A DNA stretch of 64,000 bases, taken from Vicugna vicugna (taxonomy: Eukaryota). This document shows, piece by piece, positions 1 through 12,860 of the stretch. Location of the stretch: assembly GCA_013265495.1 (NCBI GenBank), contig MU058584.1, positions 5,462,508-5,526,507 on the forward strand, read 5' to 3'. The notes beneath the pieces were generated by a model. It did no database searches and was not told where the DNA came from. It saw nothing but the letters and a program-made list of their open reading frames with translations. Numbering within the stretch: position 1 is the stretch's first letter; each line of letters starts with the position of its first letter. Both the position numbers and the translations under genes were made by a program.

Positions 1-254
1 AGAGCAATCCTTCCTTTTCCACTGTTCCTACAGGAATTATGCTCCTATTGTAGGCCTCTGACTTGCAATTTATACCGTTTTCTGCGCCAGTTTTAGTAAG
101 TTCCCATTAGACTCTCTGCCCTTTAACATGCTATAAAACTCCCTTGATATTCTATGTCTTATTTAAGAACACAGTAAATGTTTGCTAAATACGTGCTGAC
201 TGACATAAAATGACAACACTTCTATTCAGGGAGCCAGGACGTAGTACTGAAGAA

Positions 255-462
255 TGAGGGGTGTGGAGGAAAGCCCTCTGGATTTGAATTTTGCCTCTGC
301 CACTTACTGGTTGGGTAGCCATGTGACAAGGCTTAAACTTACTGCTCGTTGTAACGTTCTCAATTGTAAAATAGTGAAAAATAGGACTTAACGATGATGT
401 TGTTGTGAGAATTAAAGAAGTAAAAGTATTTAGAACAGTGTCTGCCATATGGTAAACATTCA
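255..462 (+). mobile_element. MIR SINE, degraded
   Basis: tgcctctgccacttact...ctcaattgtaaaatag...gttgttgtgagaattaaa...agaacagtgtctgcc follows the MIR core and tail. Confidence 0.75.
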
Positions 463-2902
463 GACAGACAGTGGCTTTTAGTTTTATTCATATAACCTTA
501 GCATTAAAAGGAAACTAAAATGAGATAGTTCTTCAAGCAATAAAGGGTATATTCTGATATGTGTCAAAGGTGATCCAACCAAATATACAAATATCTTTTA
601 ACAAATATGTAACAACTCTCAATAATTTTAATGATCGTTTTAGAATGAAGATAAAAGTTTACATCATGCAATAAGACATTTACATTAAATAATAATTTAT
701 AAACAAATCTCAGAAAATATGAAGTATTTTTACATGTATAGTATATCTTGTTTAGGTAAATGATAATAATGAAGCATAAAGAAAGAGAACAAGTATTTTC
801 TTCATATCTGCTGTTAAAATTTAGGCTCTCATTTTGGATCTTTTTTTTACAAAGGGATTGATACATTTATTTTAGTTTTGATCACTATAAAATATCATGT
901 ATGCCTATAAAAGTGAAAAACACTGAAATGCTTAAAGTGAAAGCCCAGAATAATCCTTCGTGGGTCATTTCCCCCTAAATTTCCCAGCAGATTTTCCCTA
1001 ATTCTTCCTAATAGAGCCATGCTCCTCCTGCTTCCTATATTGTGCGGTAAAAACCATCCTCCCATGCATGGCTCCCTTCCCTTAATGAAGCAGAAATGAG
1101 TACCAGGTAAGTAAAAGCAACACAAAGTACCAATATGCAATTTAAATTTAACACCATAAATAATTTTTAAGTTACTGCAATATTAATAAATGATGGGTTA
1201 TACTGAGAAAATGAGACTCTGAAGTACATTATTTATGTGCACTTAGAAGGTCCAAAGTCTTTCAAACTCTACCAAATTCCTGGCATAACTACCTCCCACC
1301 ACAACCTTGCCTTCTCAGCTCCATCAGGTCAAATGCTTGATTATTGTACAGCTCATCTTAAGTACTCAAAATTCTGCTCAGGTAATCGTGCAGTGGGAGG
1401 AAGAAATCTGGCTTAAAGAATGACCTTAAATCTAAGACACAGAAAATGTATTATGTAGAATGATGATTGGCAAAACACTGAAAAAACAGAGAGCTCATGT
1501 AATTATTCTACTACTGTGTGCATTATATGGAAAATTATCATTTATCAAATAATAGGTCCATGATAAAATATGTCCAAAGAAAACAAACTGCTGCCCTAGA
1601 AAGCTATTCTGTTTCAGTTCTCCATGACACAGAAGAGATATGCAAGAATGAAAATGACCTTCCACTTAAGAAATGAATTAAATTGGGAAAAGATTAGTAA
1701 AATTGACTGATTATGGAACTTCAAAGAAAGACAACTTTGTGATCAATAACAGAATATATTCACAGAATAAGTGGCATGTGATGGATAATCACACCGAGAC
1801 ATTAGCCTAATTTTGGGAAAATTCTAAGTAAAAGGAAAAAAGTCTTGCCTAAACTATAGGATAACCATGTTAGCTGTGATACAGTTAAGTGGATAAATCT
1901 TAAAAGAAGAACTAGCATAGTTCTGGTCTTAGAAATCCTAAAAGAGCTGTGGGAAGAAAAAAATCATGTTATAATCATTACCCTCATTTTATAGGCACCA
2001 AGTGTAACAGAATTTAATTTCAAAGGCCAGTGAAGCGACCCCCAAAATTAAAACAGCAAACCTTCATGTTTCTAGCCATTACTGGTACCCTTCGGCAGAG
2101 TTCTGAAATATTAAAAAGTACATGTTAAGTTCTCTCCTTGACTCCTCTGCTACTTCAGAAATATCTTACCGAGGCTGACCTTCAAACTGCTTTTTCCATT
2201 TGGATGCAACTTTGTATTAACTGATGCAGTTACAGTTTTACATTCCTGAGAGACAAACAATACTGGACTAATTCACAACTGAAACAGGACAGTGAAACAC
2301 TGGAAGGAATTGGAAGTAGGAAAGAAAAATCAGAGAGGAGATCCAAAGTCTACTTTCTGTAAGTCTAAGGATCCTTCTAGAACTATGCATAGGACTCAGG
2401 AAGAGTAACTGCAAAATTAAACTTAGCTACTTATGTGTTAGTCTCAATGAATGTGCCATTGGAGAATTCACAGTAAATACTCTTATTTCGTTAGCTCTGG
2501 AGACCACATGAATTATTTATATAAGAGGCATCATTAAAATCTGGCTTGTGAACTCTGACAGGATTCACGTCTCACTTTTAATTAAGTAGAAATTAGCTGG
2601 AATGTAGATTTATGAACCTGAAGAGGGTCATAATTAAATGTGATTTCAGGTGAAACATTTAGACAATTTAATCCTATCTTTTCCATCAGGCTTCAACAGA
2701 CCACATGCCACAGTAATCACTGCCTCTTACTGAGCTGTTTGCTACTGCAGGCAACAACAGACACTGGCTGAAATAAAGTCTCGTCTGACATAGGTGTTAT
2801 TTTAAAATATAAAATGATGACCCACTGGTTGTACTCTTTTAAAATAGTTGGCCAAATCTTTTTGCTCTTTTATGTGAATTACTTTATAGTAGAAAAATGG
2901 AC

Positions 2903-2992
2903 TTTTTCTTTTTCTTTTCTTTTCTTTTTTGTTTTGGTTAGTGGAAATACTGGGGATTGAATCTAGGACCACTGTGCTATAGCCCTCCTGCC
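2903..2992 (-). mobile_element. tRNA-Ala-derived (vic-1-like) SINE with internal deletion
   Basis: T-rich tail followed by tactggggattgaatctaggacc^actgtgctatagccctcc. The B-box and head are present; the anticodon arm is missing. Confidence 0.75.
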
Positions 2993-3138
2993 ATCAAGGA
3001 TTTGTTTATGTAAGTAAAGTCTGAGAGCATAAACATTAGTATAGAGAAAAAGGATATTCATTTTTGGTAAACATTTTCCTATTTCTTTTCTGTTTTTCCC
3101 AAACACTACATAATAGGAGATTTAACCTTTGTGAAGTA

Positions 3139-3636
3139 TAGGCATTACCTTGGAGATATTGGAGGTTCAATTCCAGACCATGGCAATAAAATGAGTATTG
3201 CAATAAAGTGAGGGGAATTAATTTTTTGGTTTCCCGGTGCACACACAAGTTATGTTTACACTATACTGTAGTCTGTTAAATGTGCATTATGTCTAAAAAA
3301 AAGTACAAACCTTAATTTTAAAAAATAATCTACTGCTAAAAAATGTTAACCATCATCTGAGCCTTCAGCAAGTTGTAGTAGTAACAGCAAAGATCGCTGG
3401 TTACAGATTGCTGTAACAAATAATAATGAAAAAGCTTGAAATAGTGTGAGAATTGCCGAAATGTGACACAGACATGAAGTGAGCAAATGCTGTTGGAAAA
3501 TTGGTGCTGATAGACTTGCTTGTTGCAGGGTTGCAACAAACCTTCAGTTTGTTTTAAAAAGAAAAAAAAACAAAAAACAACCCACAAGATCTGAGAAGTG
3601 CAGTGAAGTGAAGCACAGTAAAACACAGTATGCGAG
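3139..3636 (-). mobile_element. Tigger1-derived non-autonomous Tc1/mariner element (Tigger1a_Art-like)
   Basis: Left end ta|taggcattaccttggagatattggaggttcaattccagacca and right end gcagtgaagtgaagcacagtaaaacacagtatgc match the two Tigger1 termini. About 500 bp. Confidence 0.85.
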
Positions 3637-3924
3637 CACAGACACGGTACCATGAGAAACTTGAGAGGCATTCTCAATCTCTCCCCCGCAAAATAGTTCT
3701 CGGCACGGTCTACCACAGCCTAATGAAATCACTGCTACTCCATCTGCCTCTACTCTCCTAAAGAAACTTCTTACTCAGTACTCAGAAACTCCCCCAAAGG
3801 AATAAAACGATAAAATAGCTCAGATCCGATGGCATCTCTAATACCCGGCTCATTGCCACATCCTGTCAGCACAAATGCAGAAATAAAGTCCTTATCAGTT
3901 TACTTCGTAGCTCCACTCTGCCAC

Positions 3925-4290
3925 CATATTCTCTTCCCTAGACTATTGGTTTCTTAGCTTTAACTCTTCCTGGTCTATCTAGTCTCCTAGATTCCACTGC
4001 TCCTGATGAATGTATTCTCCGCAAAGCAGTCAGACTGGGCTTTATAAAGCGTAAGTTGAATTATACCATGTTCTGCCTCACACCCTCTAATGCTTTCCTT
4101 CCTGAGAGAAAATTCAAAATTTTTAACGACCTAGAAAGTCTCGCATGATCTGATCTCTGCTTACCTCTCTACCCTCCCCTGAAATAGCCTAGTCACATCA
4201 GCCTCTCCCAGCTTTTCAAAGCCACCAAGCTCTTCCCTATCTCAAGCACGAAAACACACACTATTCCCTTTGAATATTCTGGCTCAGAAA
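3925..4290 (+). mobile_element. L2 LINE fragment
   Basis: aaattcaaaatttttaac...catgatctgatctctgcttacctctc...ccaagctcttccctatctc, typical of the L2 3' region. Confidence 0.65.
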
Positions 4291-4354
4291 TTCTCCCTAT
4301 TCTCAAGAAGTGTATATTCTTTACAAGTGGTTCAGAATAAGCAACATAAATAAC

Positions 4355-4842
4355 TGTGGTAGATGCTACAGAGTGGCTCTCTCAGACCTTCATTCTACCC
4401 TCCTCCTAGATGGAAGCTAAAAATCTGAAAACTACATTCTCCAGACACCCTTTTGGTTAGAGTTCTTGATGCAAATTATGTCCCACCAGTGAGATCTGGA
4501 AGGCAGAACTGAGAAGAGACCATCTTCCCACTGATCTTGCTACTGGCAGAAAAGGTGGGAGACAGGCCCATTTGGAGGCACTGTCGTAGCCAGACTCTTG
4601 TCTGAGTCACCAGACTCCTGGGGATGAGAGTCAGTGGTGGTGGCAGGAGTGGGGGCAGTAGCAGCAGGTATGTGGAGGTGCCCCTAAAATCAATGGCCCT
4701 AGTGTCAATTCGTGACTTCTAGTCTTGCAGCCCTCCCAACATGTTTGTAAACATCTACTTCTTTCCTGCATTAAATCTTTTTTTTTAAAAAAAAAATCCC
4801 TAGGCTGGTTTCTGTTTTCTGCTCTGAACCTTCAGTGATACA
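4355..4842 (+). mobile_element. ERVL-class solo LTR (LTR33-like)
   Basis: TG...CA ends. Contains aaaactacattctccagacaccct, gagatctggaaggcagaa, ATTAAA, and terminal gtttctgttttctg...cagtgataca. Confidence 0.75.
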
Positions 4843-5631
4843 GTGAGGTTCCATCTCTCTTCCTCATCTCTACACAAAAGGACAATCCCTGGTGTTACTT
4901 AGTAAGTACCTTCTTGCCAACGGGCTTTCACCTTCATCACTCTCTTGAAATTGCTCTCTCAAAAAACACCTATAACCCTTGCTGAAATGTCTTATGTAGC
5001 AATAAAGTCATAAAAGCATCATCAGAAGTAACAGTGGTCTAACAGACTCATCTTGGAACAGTTACACCTCAATTTCCTAAAGGGGCCAGAGAGTTCATAA
5101 AATTTAGTTCAAGGTTACTTATCCTACAGTGGCAACATAATTCTCAACAGTTAGTGGAAATATCTTGTTAGGTTCAGCACATTAGGCTGAATTAAATGAG
5201 ATAACGCCCATAAAATGCCTAATAGTGTCTGGCAAAATTGGAGGCCCTCAGTAGTAGATAAAATCATCTTCGGAAGATTATAAATAAACTTTTAATTATA
5301 GCTAACCACGAGGCACTACACAGTCCTTTCATTTTCAAAAGCAGGTAGTATTCCACATGAATCCCACAACCCCCTTTTGTGTTGACAATGCAGACTGTTT
5401 TCACCCTTTATACACAGGGATAACCTGGTTCTATGGCCACTCTTAGACCTCCTATCCAGCACTAAAGAAAGAGTGTAATACTGAAACATCCAAACACTTT
5501 GGGCAAACTCTTTTCAAAAGGTTAATTTCTTAAACTGCCCCAGGCCCACTGCAATTCCCTTTAAAGTCGCTATGAGCTTCTAAGATTCCAGACCGAGGTT
5601 AGCACTTCTGAAACCATCTAATTACCAACAA

Positions 5632-5916
5632 CAGTGCCGTCCAACAGAAATATAGCATGAGCCACATTAAAAAGTAAAAACAAACAAGTGAAATTTTAAT
5701 AATGTAATTTATTTAGCCCTATATATCCAAAATATTTTAATTCCAATGGGTAACTGACATAAAACTATAAACAAGGTATTTCACATTATTATTTCATATT
5801 AAATCTTCAAAGGCCTGGGTGTGTAACACATGTACAACACATCTCAACTCAAACCAGTCACGTTTCAAGTGCTTGACAGCTGCAAGCACCTAGTGGCCAC
5901 CATGCTGGGCAGAGAC
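5632..5916. mobile_element. MER33 hAT-Charlie MITE
   Basis: cagtgccgtccaacagaaatatagcatgagccacattaaaaag...cacatctcaactc...tttcaagtgcttgacagc...tagtggccaccatgctgggcag. Confidence 0.85.
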
Positions 5917-6189
5917 CTAGAGAATGGCAGCCCTCTTTCTTGACCCAGGGATAACTTCTCAGCATCATTCTACTTAAAAGCTGAGCCAAGACTGCTAATA
6001 TCTGCAGTATTAACCTTTCTGATTAAAGGAGACGTTAGTCTACACAGGACCTTTAGGGCAATCTAATCATACTTCTCACACTGCCATCCCAGGCCCTAAT
6101 CTTTATCTATCTAGGTATCTGTTAATCTTGTCTGTTGCCCACTTTTCCTCCACAGTTGACACTACAAATGTCTACCATTATCCTCAAGC

Positions 6190-7505
6190 CCCTATCCTTA
6201 GCTACATCTTTTCTCTCAGCAGACAACTTTGTTTCCTGCTGCACAGAGGAAATTGACACTATCAAGAATCTTCTCCTTAAAATGCCTATAGCCACAGTTG
6301 CAAGCGTTTGTTTCCACTCCTTTTCTCCTTCTATTCAGTGTTAAAGGAAGAAGAGATTTTCTTTTCTTCCTTGTAATAACTAACACTCCCATCTCTTGGC
6401 CACTCTAAGCCAGGAAATTTGCTCCATTATAATTCTCTTTCTCTCGTATTTTCAACCTTTCTCCTTCCAATAGCTTTCTTTCTGCATCCTATAAAAATGC
6501 TCACATCTATCCCATCACAAACACAAATAAACAATTTTAATTACTCCCCCATCTCTTTCCTTCCTTTTTTAGAAGTCTTAACAATCTCTATTTCCCATTT
6601 ACTCCTTAAACTTCTGCTCCACAACTCTACCTAAACTGCTTTGGCAAAGGACACCAATAATCTTCTAATGGGTCACAGGTTCCCTCCAGTTGTGGCTTCT
6701 CTCCAGCGTTCAGCACTACGGATCTTGCCCTTGTTCCTGAGCCTCTCCCTTTACTCAGCCCACGTGACACCACAGTCCAGGTTCTCCCCCTGGCTGTTCC
6801 TCCTCAGGCTCCTTTATTTACGCATTCCTCCTGCCCAGGGTTCCCTCTTTGCTCTCTTCTTTCTTACCTTCCGGCTCTCCCTGGGCAATCTCATTCACTA
6901 CTAATCATGTCTTTTCAAGACTCTTTAATCTCTAAATTCAGCCCAGTCCTCTTTCCTAAATTTCAAACTGGAATATACAGCTGCCTAACCAAGGTCACCT
7001 GGTTACCCCACAGGACTCAGACACTCAACTTGTCCAAAACCAATTGCACCATCTCCCTCCCCAACCCTCTCCTTGTAAATCCCCTCTCTTTATGAATAGC
7101 ACTGACATTCAACCAAGTTACCCAGGCCAAAAGCCTCAGGGAGTCACCCTAAGATTCCTCTCTCTCCCCCTCGGGCCTATTTCCAATCTGTCATCAAGTC
7201 ACATGGATTCTATTTCTTTAACAAAAAATCCTTGCCTAACTCTCCTAGTCTACCCCCACTGCCACACTTCACCCTCTCATCTTATTTAGACCACAGTAAT
7301 CTAACAAGCCAGCTTGCCTCTACCATCAAAAGTTGATTCCATTTATTTGTTCACGCAACTATTTAACTCTTGTAATCTCTAAACTCCTTAAGGACAAGGC
7401 CCGTGACCTCTGCATATCCAACACACAGAGTACGCTCATAAAAGAATCGTTGAGTAACAGCAATGATCTAGTGCAGGAGTGAATAAATGAATGAAATGAC
7501 GAACA
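6190..7505 (+). mobile_element. Long degraded L2 LINE (ORF2 3' part and tail)
   Basis: CT-rich stretch with aaactgctttggcaaaggacaccaataa, tccctgggcaatctcattcac, actcaacttgtccaaaacc, ending gaataaatgaatgaaatga. It accounts for the stacked short ORFs at 6135-7289. Confidence 0.8.
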
Positions 7506-9002
7506 TGCCCAAATGTATGCACTTCATTAACCTGGTTAATGACAGGCAACGAAACTCGGCTTCTTGGTTACCAAGAGTCAAGGCCCCTTTGGCTAAATTA
7601 CACTCTTCAGAAGTACCTATTTTAAGGAACCCTGAAGCAAATCCTTTTGAAATGCTAGTAATCATCACTTAATTTATCTATTTTGTGAACTGGTAGTCTT
7701 GCGTATCAGATTTTCTCAAACTAGGGCACACCTGTCTGAGAATGGAATCAAGAACTCTAAACACTAATCCCAAAAGCTCTGAAAGTGACTTGCTCTGTGA
7801 CCATGATCGAGGATAATATTACTGTTTCATCACAGATGTAAAACACCACGTGGCAAATATAAAATGAGATGGGAGCAATCCACCAGAGTGGTGTTAGATT
7901 TGTAAGCACAAGATCATCAATGACTTCTCCAGTGGGGAGACAAAGACAACCCGAAATTCCCTGAAGAACTACTGAATCTTCTGGAGAATTTACACGGCAT
8001 AGAAAAGACCAACCCACTCTAAACATTATAGTAAACGACCTCTCATCTTATTTGTTGAATCTATTATCTATTTTTAAAATATGTACTCCTCTACTCTTCT
8101 ATAATGCATTAATTCACATTATTATACATGATCTTGAGGCAAGATCCTCATTTAAAAAGAAAAGAAAAACTCTGTTTACCATCACTGCAATGCCAACATT
8201 ATTTTCTTGGTTATATTTTTAAAAACACTCATTTGTGTACAGAATATAATGAATTATTCTAGTAATGAGAGTACTTCATAAATCAGAATACCCCTTTACC
8301 TAGATAATTCAGAGTCAAGTTGCTGCCCTCAGAAGTATCTTGTTTTTCCCCAAGTCTTTATTGTAAAATGACATTTTTTCTCATCTTTAGTCTTTAACAA
8401 AATAGGTTTTTTAAAAAGGAAATTTTTTCTTCAGGAGTTATATTCTAAAAAGGTAACTTTATCCTCCCCACTCAAATTCATCTTTTCTTCCTAGTATTAC
8501 TGTGAACTATCATCTTGAAATACAAAGTTTACATTGTTAAAGAAATTCCATTTCCTCATTCTCTTCTCTTTTCTCTGCCAAAGCAATTTTCAGAATGCAT
8601 TATAGAAATTTTATTTTCTCTTATACTGCTGAAATGAAGCCACCTTTTTTTAAACAAATGGTAACTTTGAACTTTAACTAGCCTTTACAGTTGAGTGTTT
8701 TAGAAAAACAATAGAAAAAATAATTTCAAAACTGTCACTGGGTAGTAATTGGAATAAACGTTGGCCATCTCCAACCCTGGTCTTCTGCTCACACCTCAAA
8801 CACATGTCTGTCCCCAAACAATTATCTTCCACTACTCACTCCAACCCTCTACCCTGGCCTGTGCCAATGCAATTTCTCTTCTTTAGTTCCTAGTGGCATC
8901 ACTATCTTCCCAAATGTTCAGGCTACGTAATTTAGAGCTATTTCTAACAATTTCATTCATTGCCCACAACCAATTGGTCACTATCTAATTTGTTAATCTC
9001 TC

Positions 9003-9141
9003 CATTTATTCAATGATGATTTATTGATACTGATAATACGTGAAGTATCAGTGCTAGAAGTAAGGAAATAAAGATTAATAAGACATGATATGTTTATTCT
9101 ATGAGGTCACAGTCTTACAAGAAGTCAGACAGGTAAATAAA
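9003..9141 (-). mobile_element. L2 3' tail fragment
   Basis: catttattcaatgatgatttattga...gtgctag...aataagaca...cacagtct. Confidence 0.6.
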
Positions 9142-9326
9142 CAGTGATATGCTACGAATTGTTTAACAACCAACTCTCAAAAACCACTCGACAACAACAT
9201 ACTGATTTATATTGTTTGCCCATTTCCATTGTGTAAATACTCCCACCAAGAGAGAACGTGGAGTTGGGAAGTGATGCTAACAACTGGATCTTGCAGACTG
9301 GTGCAAATAACTCCAACACAGCACTA
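9142..9326. mobile_element. MER63A-like hAT element
   Basis: cagtgatatgct...tgtttaacaaccaactctc...tgtaaatactcccacca...ggagttgggaag...ctccaacacagcacta, with degenerate TIRs. Confidence 0.8.
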
Positions 9327-11313
9327 TGAAAGCTCTCACGGTGTGACAAGAGGTCTACTCGAGATATTATTCAAAATGCTCTGGGAATACAAACATGGGT
9401 TCTCATGATTGGTTTCATAGGATCTTCTTGGATCTATGAGCTTCCCACTCTTCACAGCGTCTTAGCTGGTACAATGGATGTCAGCATGATAGATTTTTCC
9501 CTAACTCAGACAACTCTGATGGCTCCCTACTCTTTACAAAATAAATTCAAAGTTATAAGTCATGGTCACTCAAGCTGCTTCTCGACTTTGCCCTGAGGTA
9601 CTCTTCTAGTTTCATCACTTCACACACATCTATAAGATGTATGTTTTAGAAAATATTTAGAAGTGAAAAAGCCTAATGAAAAAGAAACAAAAATCTGTGC
9701 ATGGACCCAGGATATAGTATATGTGCTGCCGAAGCGAGCACTGGACCTAAGATGTAAAAGAGGATACAACATACTTGCCATAACAGTAAAGAGCTGGTTT
9801 GAATCTTCTCAAGGAATTTTATTAAGTATTCAAAAACCATATACTATGATTTATGAAATAAATGTATTTCTAAAAATATGTAAAAAATAAAAATACACCA
9901 AAAGACTAAATTTTTAAAGGGGTAAAGATGAAGTCTGGGCAATACAGATAAGACAACCAGATTTTACATTGGAGAATCTCAATCAAATCAGAATATTTCC
10001 ACTGCATGAGAGAAGACTTGTGACCATGTCTTCCAGCTATTGCTTTTAGGTGACACTTTACCAGGGACAAAATAAAACCTGGGACTTACACAAATGACAA
10101 AATGGCACCACAGACAGGACCCCAGGCTCTAGACATCATTTTGCAGCTTTTTTAAGAGAAGTTTCATGGGAACCCACAGAATGGGGATCTGGATATTTCA
10201 CTGCTCTGTGGACTTGGATGCATGCACTATATTTCTTATTTCAGAGGTTTTATTGATTCCACATCATACACAGTGAGGGAATTCATTCAAATATCTAAAG
10301 GTAACAAGTTCATCTTGGAGAGTACATCAGAAAAAACAAGACTCAAGGACAAGTGTTCTATGGGTACTTTACTGAGAGATTTTGTTTTGTTTTGAATGTG
10401 TGTGTTTTATCTCAGGCAAGGATAAGCATTTACTCACACCTATTTTGTTTGTTTGTTTGTTTAACATTTCAGGCAAAAACTATACAGTCATGCTCCATGC
10501 TGTAGAGCTTTGGTAACTCAATTCTTCAAATAATTTCTATGCATCAAGTTACTGGAAATGATACCAGGCCCTGCCTGTGGGTACCTTCTGGGCCTGCCTC
10601 ATTAAGGGCTTCCCTCCATCCAGGTGAACGTGCACGTCATTCTCCTCAATCTCCACAAGTGCCGCTGGCTTGGCTAAGAGATGAAGCACACCACTCTGTA
10701 CTTGCCTGGGGACACAGAGTGACCACAGTCCAGTTATTTGCCAGGGAGTTTAAACTTGGACTTACTGCCACTTAATATTACCACAATACTGACTAAAAGA
10801 AAATATACAGATTACTTCAAGGAAATACAAATGCATCCTTCCTTTGAGAATTCTGCCCCTACGGTGCACCAAGATGTGGTGTAGCACAGGGCAAGTCACT
10901 CTCATTTTACACAGTCATTGCCCACCCGGTGATACCATCAGCTTCTTAGAAGGAACGGCCTATGAAACTGGCTGCTATTGAAAACAGTGAGCGCTAGATC
11001 ACATAGTGTCTTCTTTGGGGATCCACGAAAAAATTTCCTCTTAGGTATCAGGAAAAGTTAGGGTTGTTTTTGTGAGCAACTAGTTTATCTCATGGACACA
11101 GCCAGTCATACAATTTGATTGTGCGGATGTCTAAAAACTAAGAGCCACATTATGGCCTCCCTGTAACAGAAGGACCGTGTATCATGGCATGTGTTTCATC
11201 ATGTGTAGTCTCATTTCCTCACTTGCTGTAAGTTATCTTACCATATTGCATAAATGTTTCTAAACTGCCTTACATTCTAACTGAAAAGAAGTAAATTTAA
11301 AATAAACAAATGA

Positions 11314-11415
11314 GGGAGTGGGTATAGATCAGTGGTAGAGCACGTGCTTAGCATGCACGAGGTCCTGGGTTCAATCCCTGGTACCTCCATTCAAAATGAA
11401 AATAATAAAAAAAAA
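11314..11415 (+). mobile_element. tRNA-Ala-derived (vic-1-like) SINE
   Basis: ggtatagatcagtggtagagcacgtgcttagcatgcacgaggtcctgggttcaatccctggtacctcca plus an A-rich tail; near-identical to the tRNA-Ala(AGC) body. Confidence 0.9.
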
Positions 11416-11482
11416 TGGCAAAGCTTTTTAAAAAATATATAGTGCTAACTTATAATACAACTGCATATTAACAGCTATTTTA

Positions 11483-11597
11483 TTGGGATTTTTTTTGGGG
11501 GGGTAGATAATTAGGTTTATTTTAATGGCAGTACTGGGGATTGAACCCAGAACCATGCTAAGCACATGCTCTACCACTGAGCTATACCCTCCCTGCT
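11483..11597 (-). mobile_element. tRNA-Ala-derived (vic-1-like) SINE with 12-bp TSD
   Basis: Reverse-oriented head at 11525-11594. TSD ACAGCTATTTTA at 11471-11482 and 11598-11609. Confidence 0.9.
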
Positions 11598-12379
11598 ACA
11601 GCTATTTTAAATATCACAGTGATACATAACTGTAGGCATGTTGTTGATGCAAACACTGTTAAACGATGAATGTTTAAAAATCACAAAATTGCCATTTATG
11701 TGCTAAATATTTCACTTTGTGAAAAATTTATTTACTTTTATAAAACTAAACTCATAAAACACTTGTATGACCATTTGCTTTATTTGTTTAACAAGCTATA
11801 TCAAAAGGAATCCTATATTTAAATCAGTGCTGTGGTACATCGGCTCATGTAATTCAAACTAACAGACTGCCAAAATTTATTAGTCCAAGTACTCCTTAGA
11901 TTAACAGAAACAGTTAACCAGCTTTCCTTTTCTTATCCTTTGTGGTTGTCTTGATTCAGGGAATATACAATGTGTTTACCAAACAAAATTCTCTGCATAA
12001 AAGGGGAAAAACTTATAAGACAAATTACTGCTTTGGCAAACAGCCTTTCATTCTTAGTTAAAATTAATGTGTGAGTTGTTTTCTGTATTGTTTGTGCAAC
12101 CCAGTGTCTCAAATGTGACAAAACCATAACAGATCTCTGCAGTGTATGTCAGTAAGTAAAGCTGATGAATGTTGCTCACTGTAATGCCTACTGTTCACTA
12201 TCTCTTCGGGTTAATTAGTGTTCTAAGTGTTACATCCCTCTCTTGTATATTGATGCACCTCAGGAATCAACCTAAGACTTGCTATTCAGAGAAAATACTT
12301 TACAAAGGAAACCATATAATGATTTAAGTCAAAGTTTGGTGAAGCTACCACTGTAGCTTTTAGAAACAAGACAAAAAAT

Positions 12380-12860
12380 TATAAATACCTTTTATCTTGA
12401 CCTAGCAATTTCACCTAAGATAATTAAAAAACTCGTACATTTATTTACAAGTCTGATCCCTGCAATGTCCTTGACGAAAAATAAGAAAAAAAAATCAATA
12501 ATAGAGGAACGGTTAACTAATTCATATACTGGAATATACTATGCCACTCTTAATAACCAGGTTATGGAAGTACATTTAATGACATTAGAAAAGACACAAC
12601 ATACATTTTAATTAAATAAGGATGCTACAAAATTATAAATATTGTACGATCTAATTTTATTTTTATAATATGCATAAAAATGGTTTGAGGCCAAAATGTG
12701 AACAGTGTTTATTTCTGGGAAGTAGAGAAACATTAGTTTTTTTAATTTTTTTGTTTTTGTATAGTTGGCTCTTGGTTCTTTTACATAATTTTCCTTATTT
12801 TTGCTTGTTTTTTGGGGGTAATAAACATGAATTACTTCAGTAATTAAAAAAAACAAAAAT
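12380..12860 (+). mobile_element. Old L1 (L1M-type) 3' fragment
   Basis: ttgacctagcaatttcac...ggaatatactatgcca...aaaatgtgaacagtgtttatttctgggaagtag. Confidence 0.6.

Noticed and set aside
6135..7289. Run of five plus-strand ORFs rich in L/S/P/F
   Set aside because: They reflect pyrimidine-rich decayed L2 sequence, which is poor in stop codons.
11314..11390. Apparent tRNA-Ala(AGC) gene (also 34775-34846 and 54190-54265)
   Set aside because: These copies have altered 5' ends, mismatched stems and A-rich tails, and some family members have TSDs. They are tRNA-derived SINEs, not tRNA genes.
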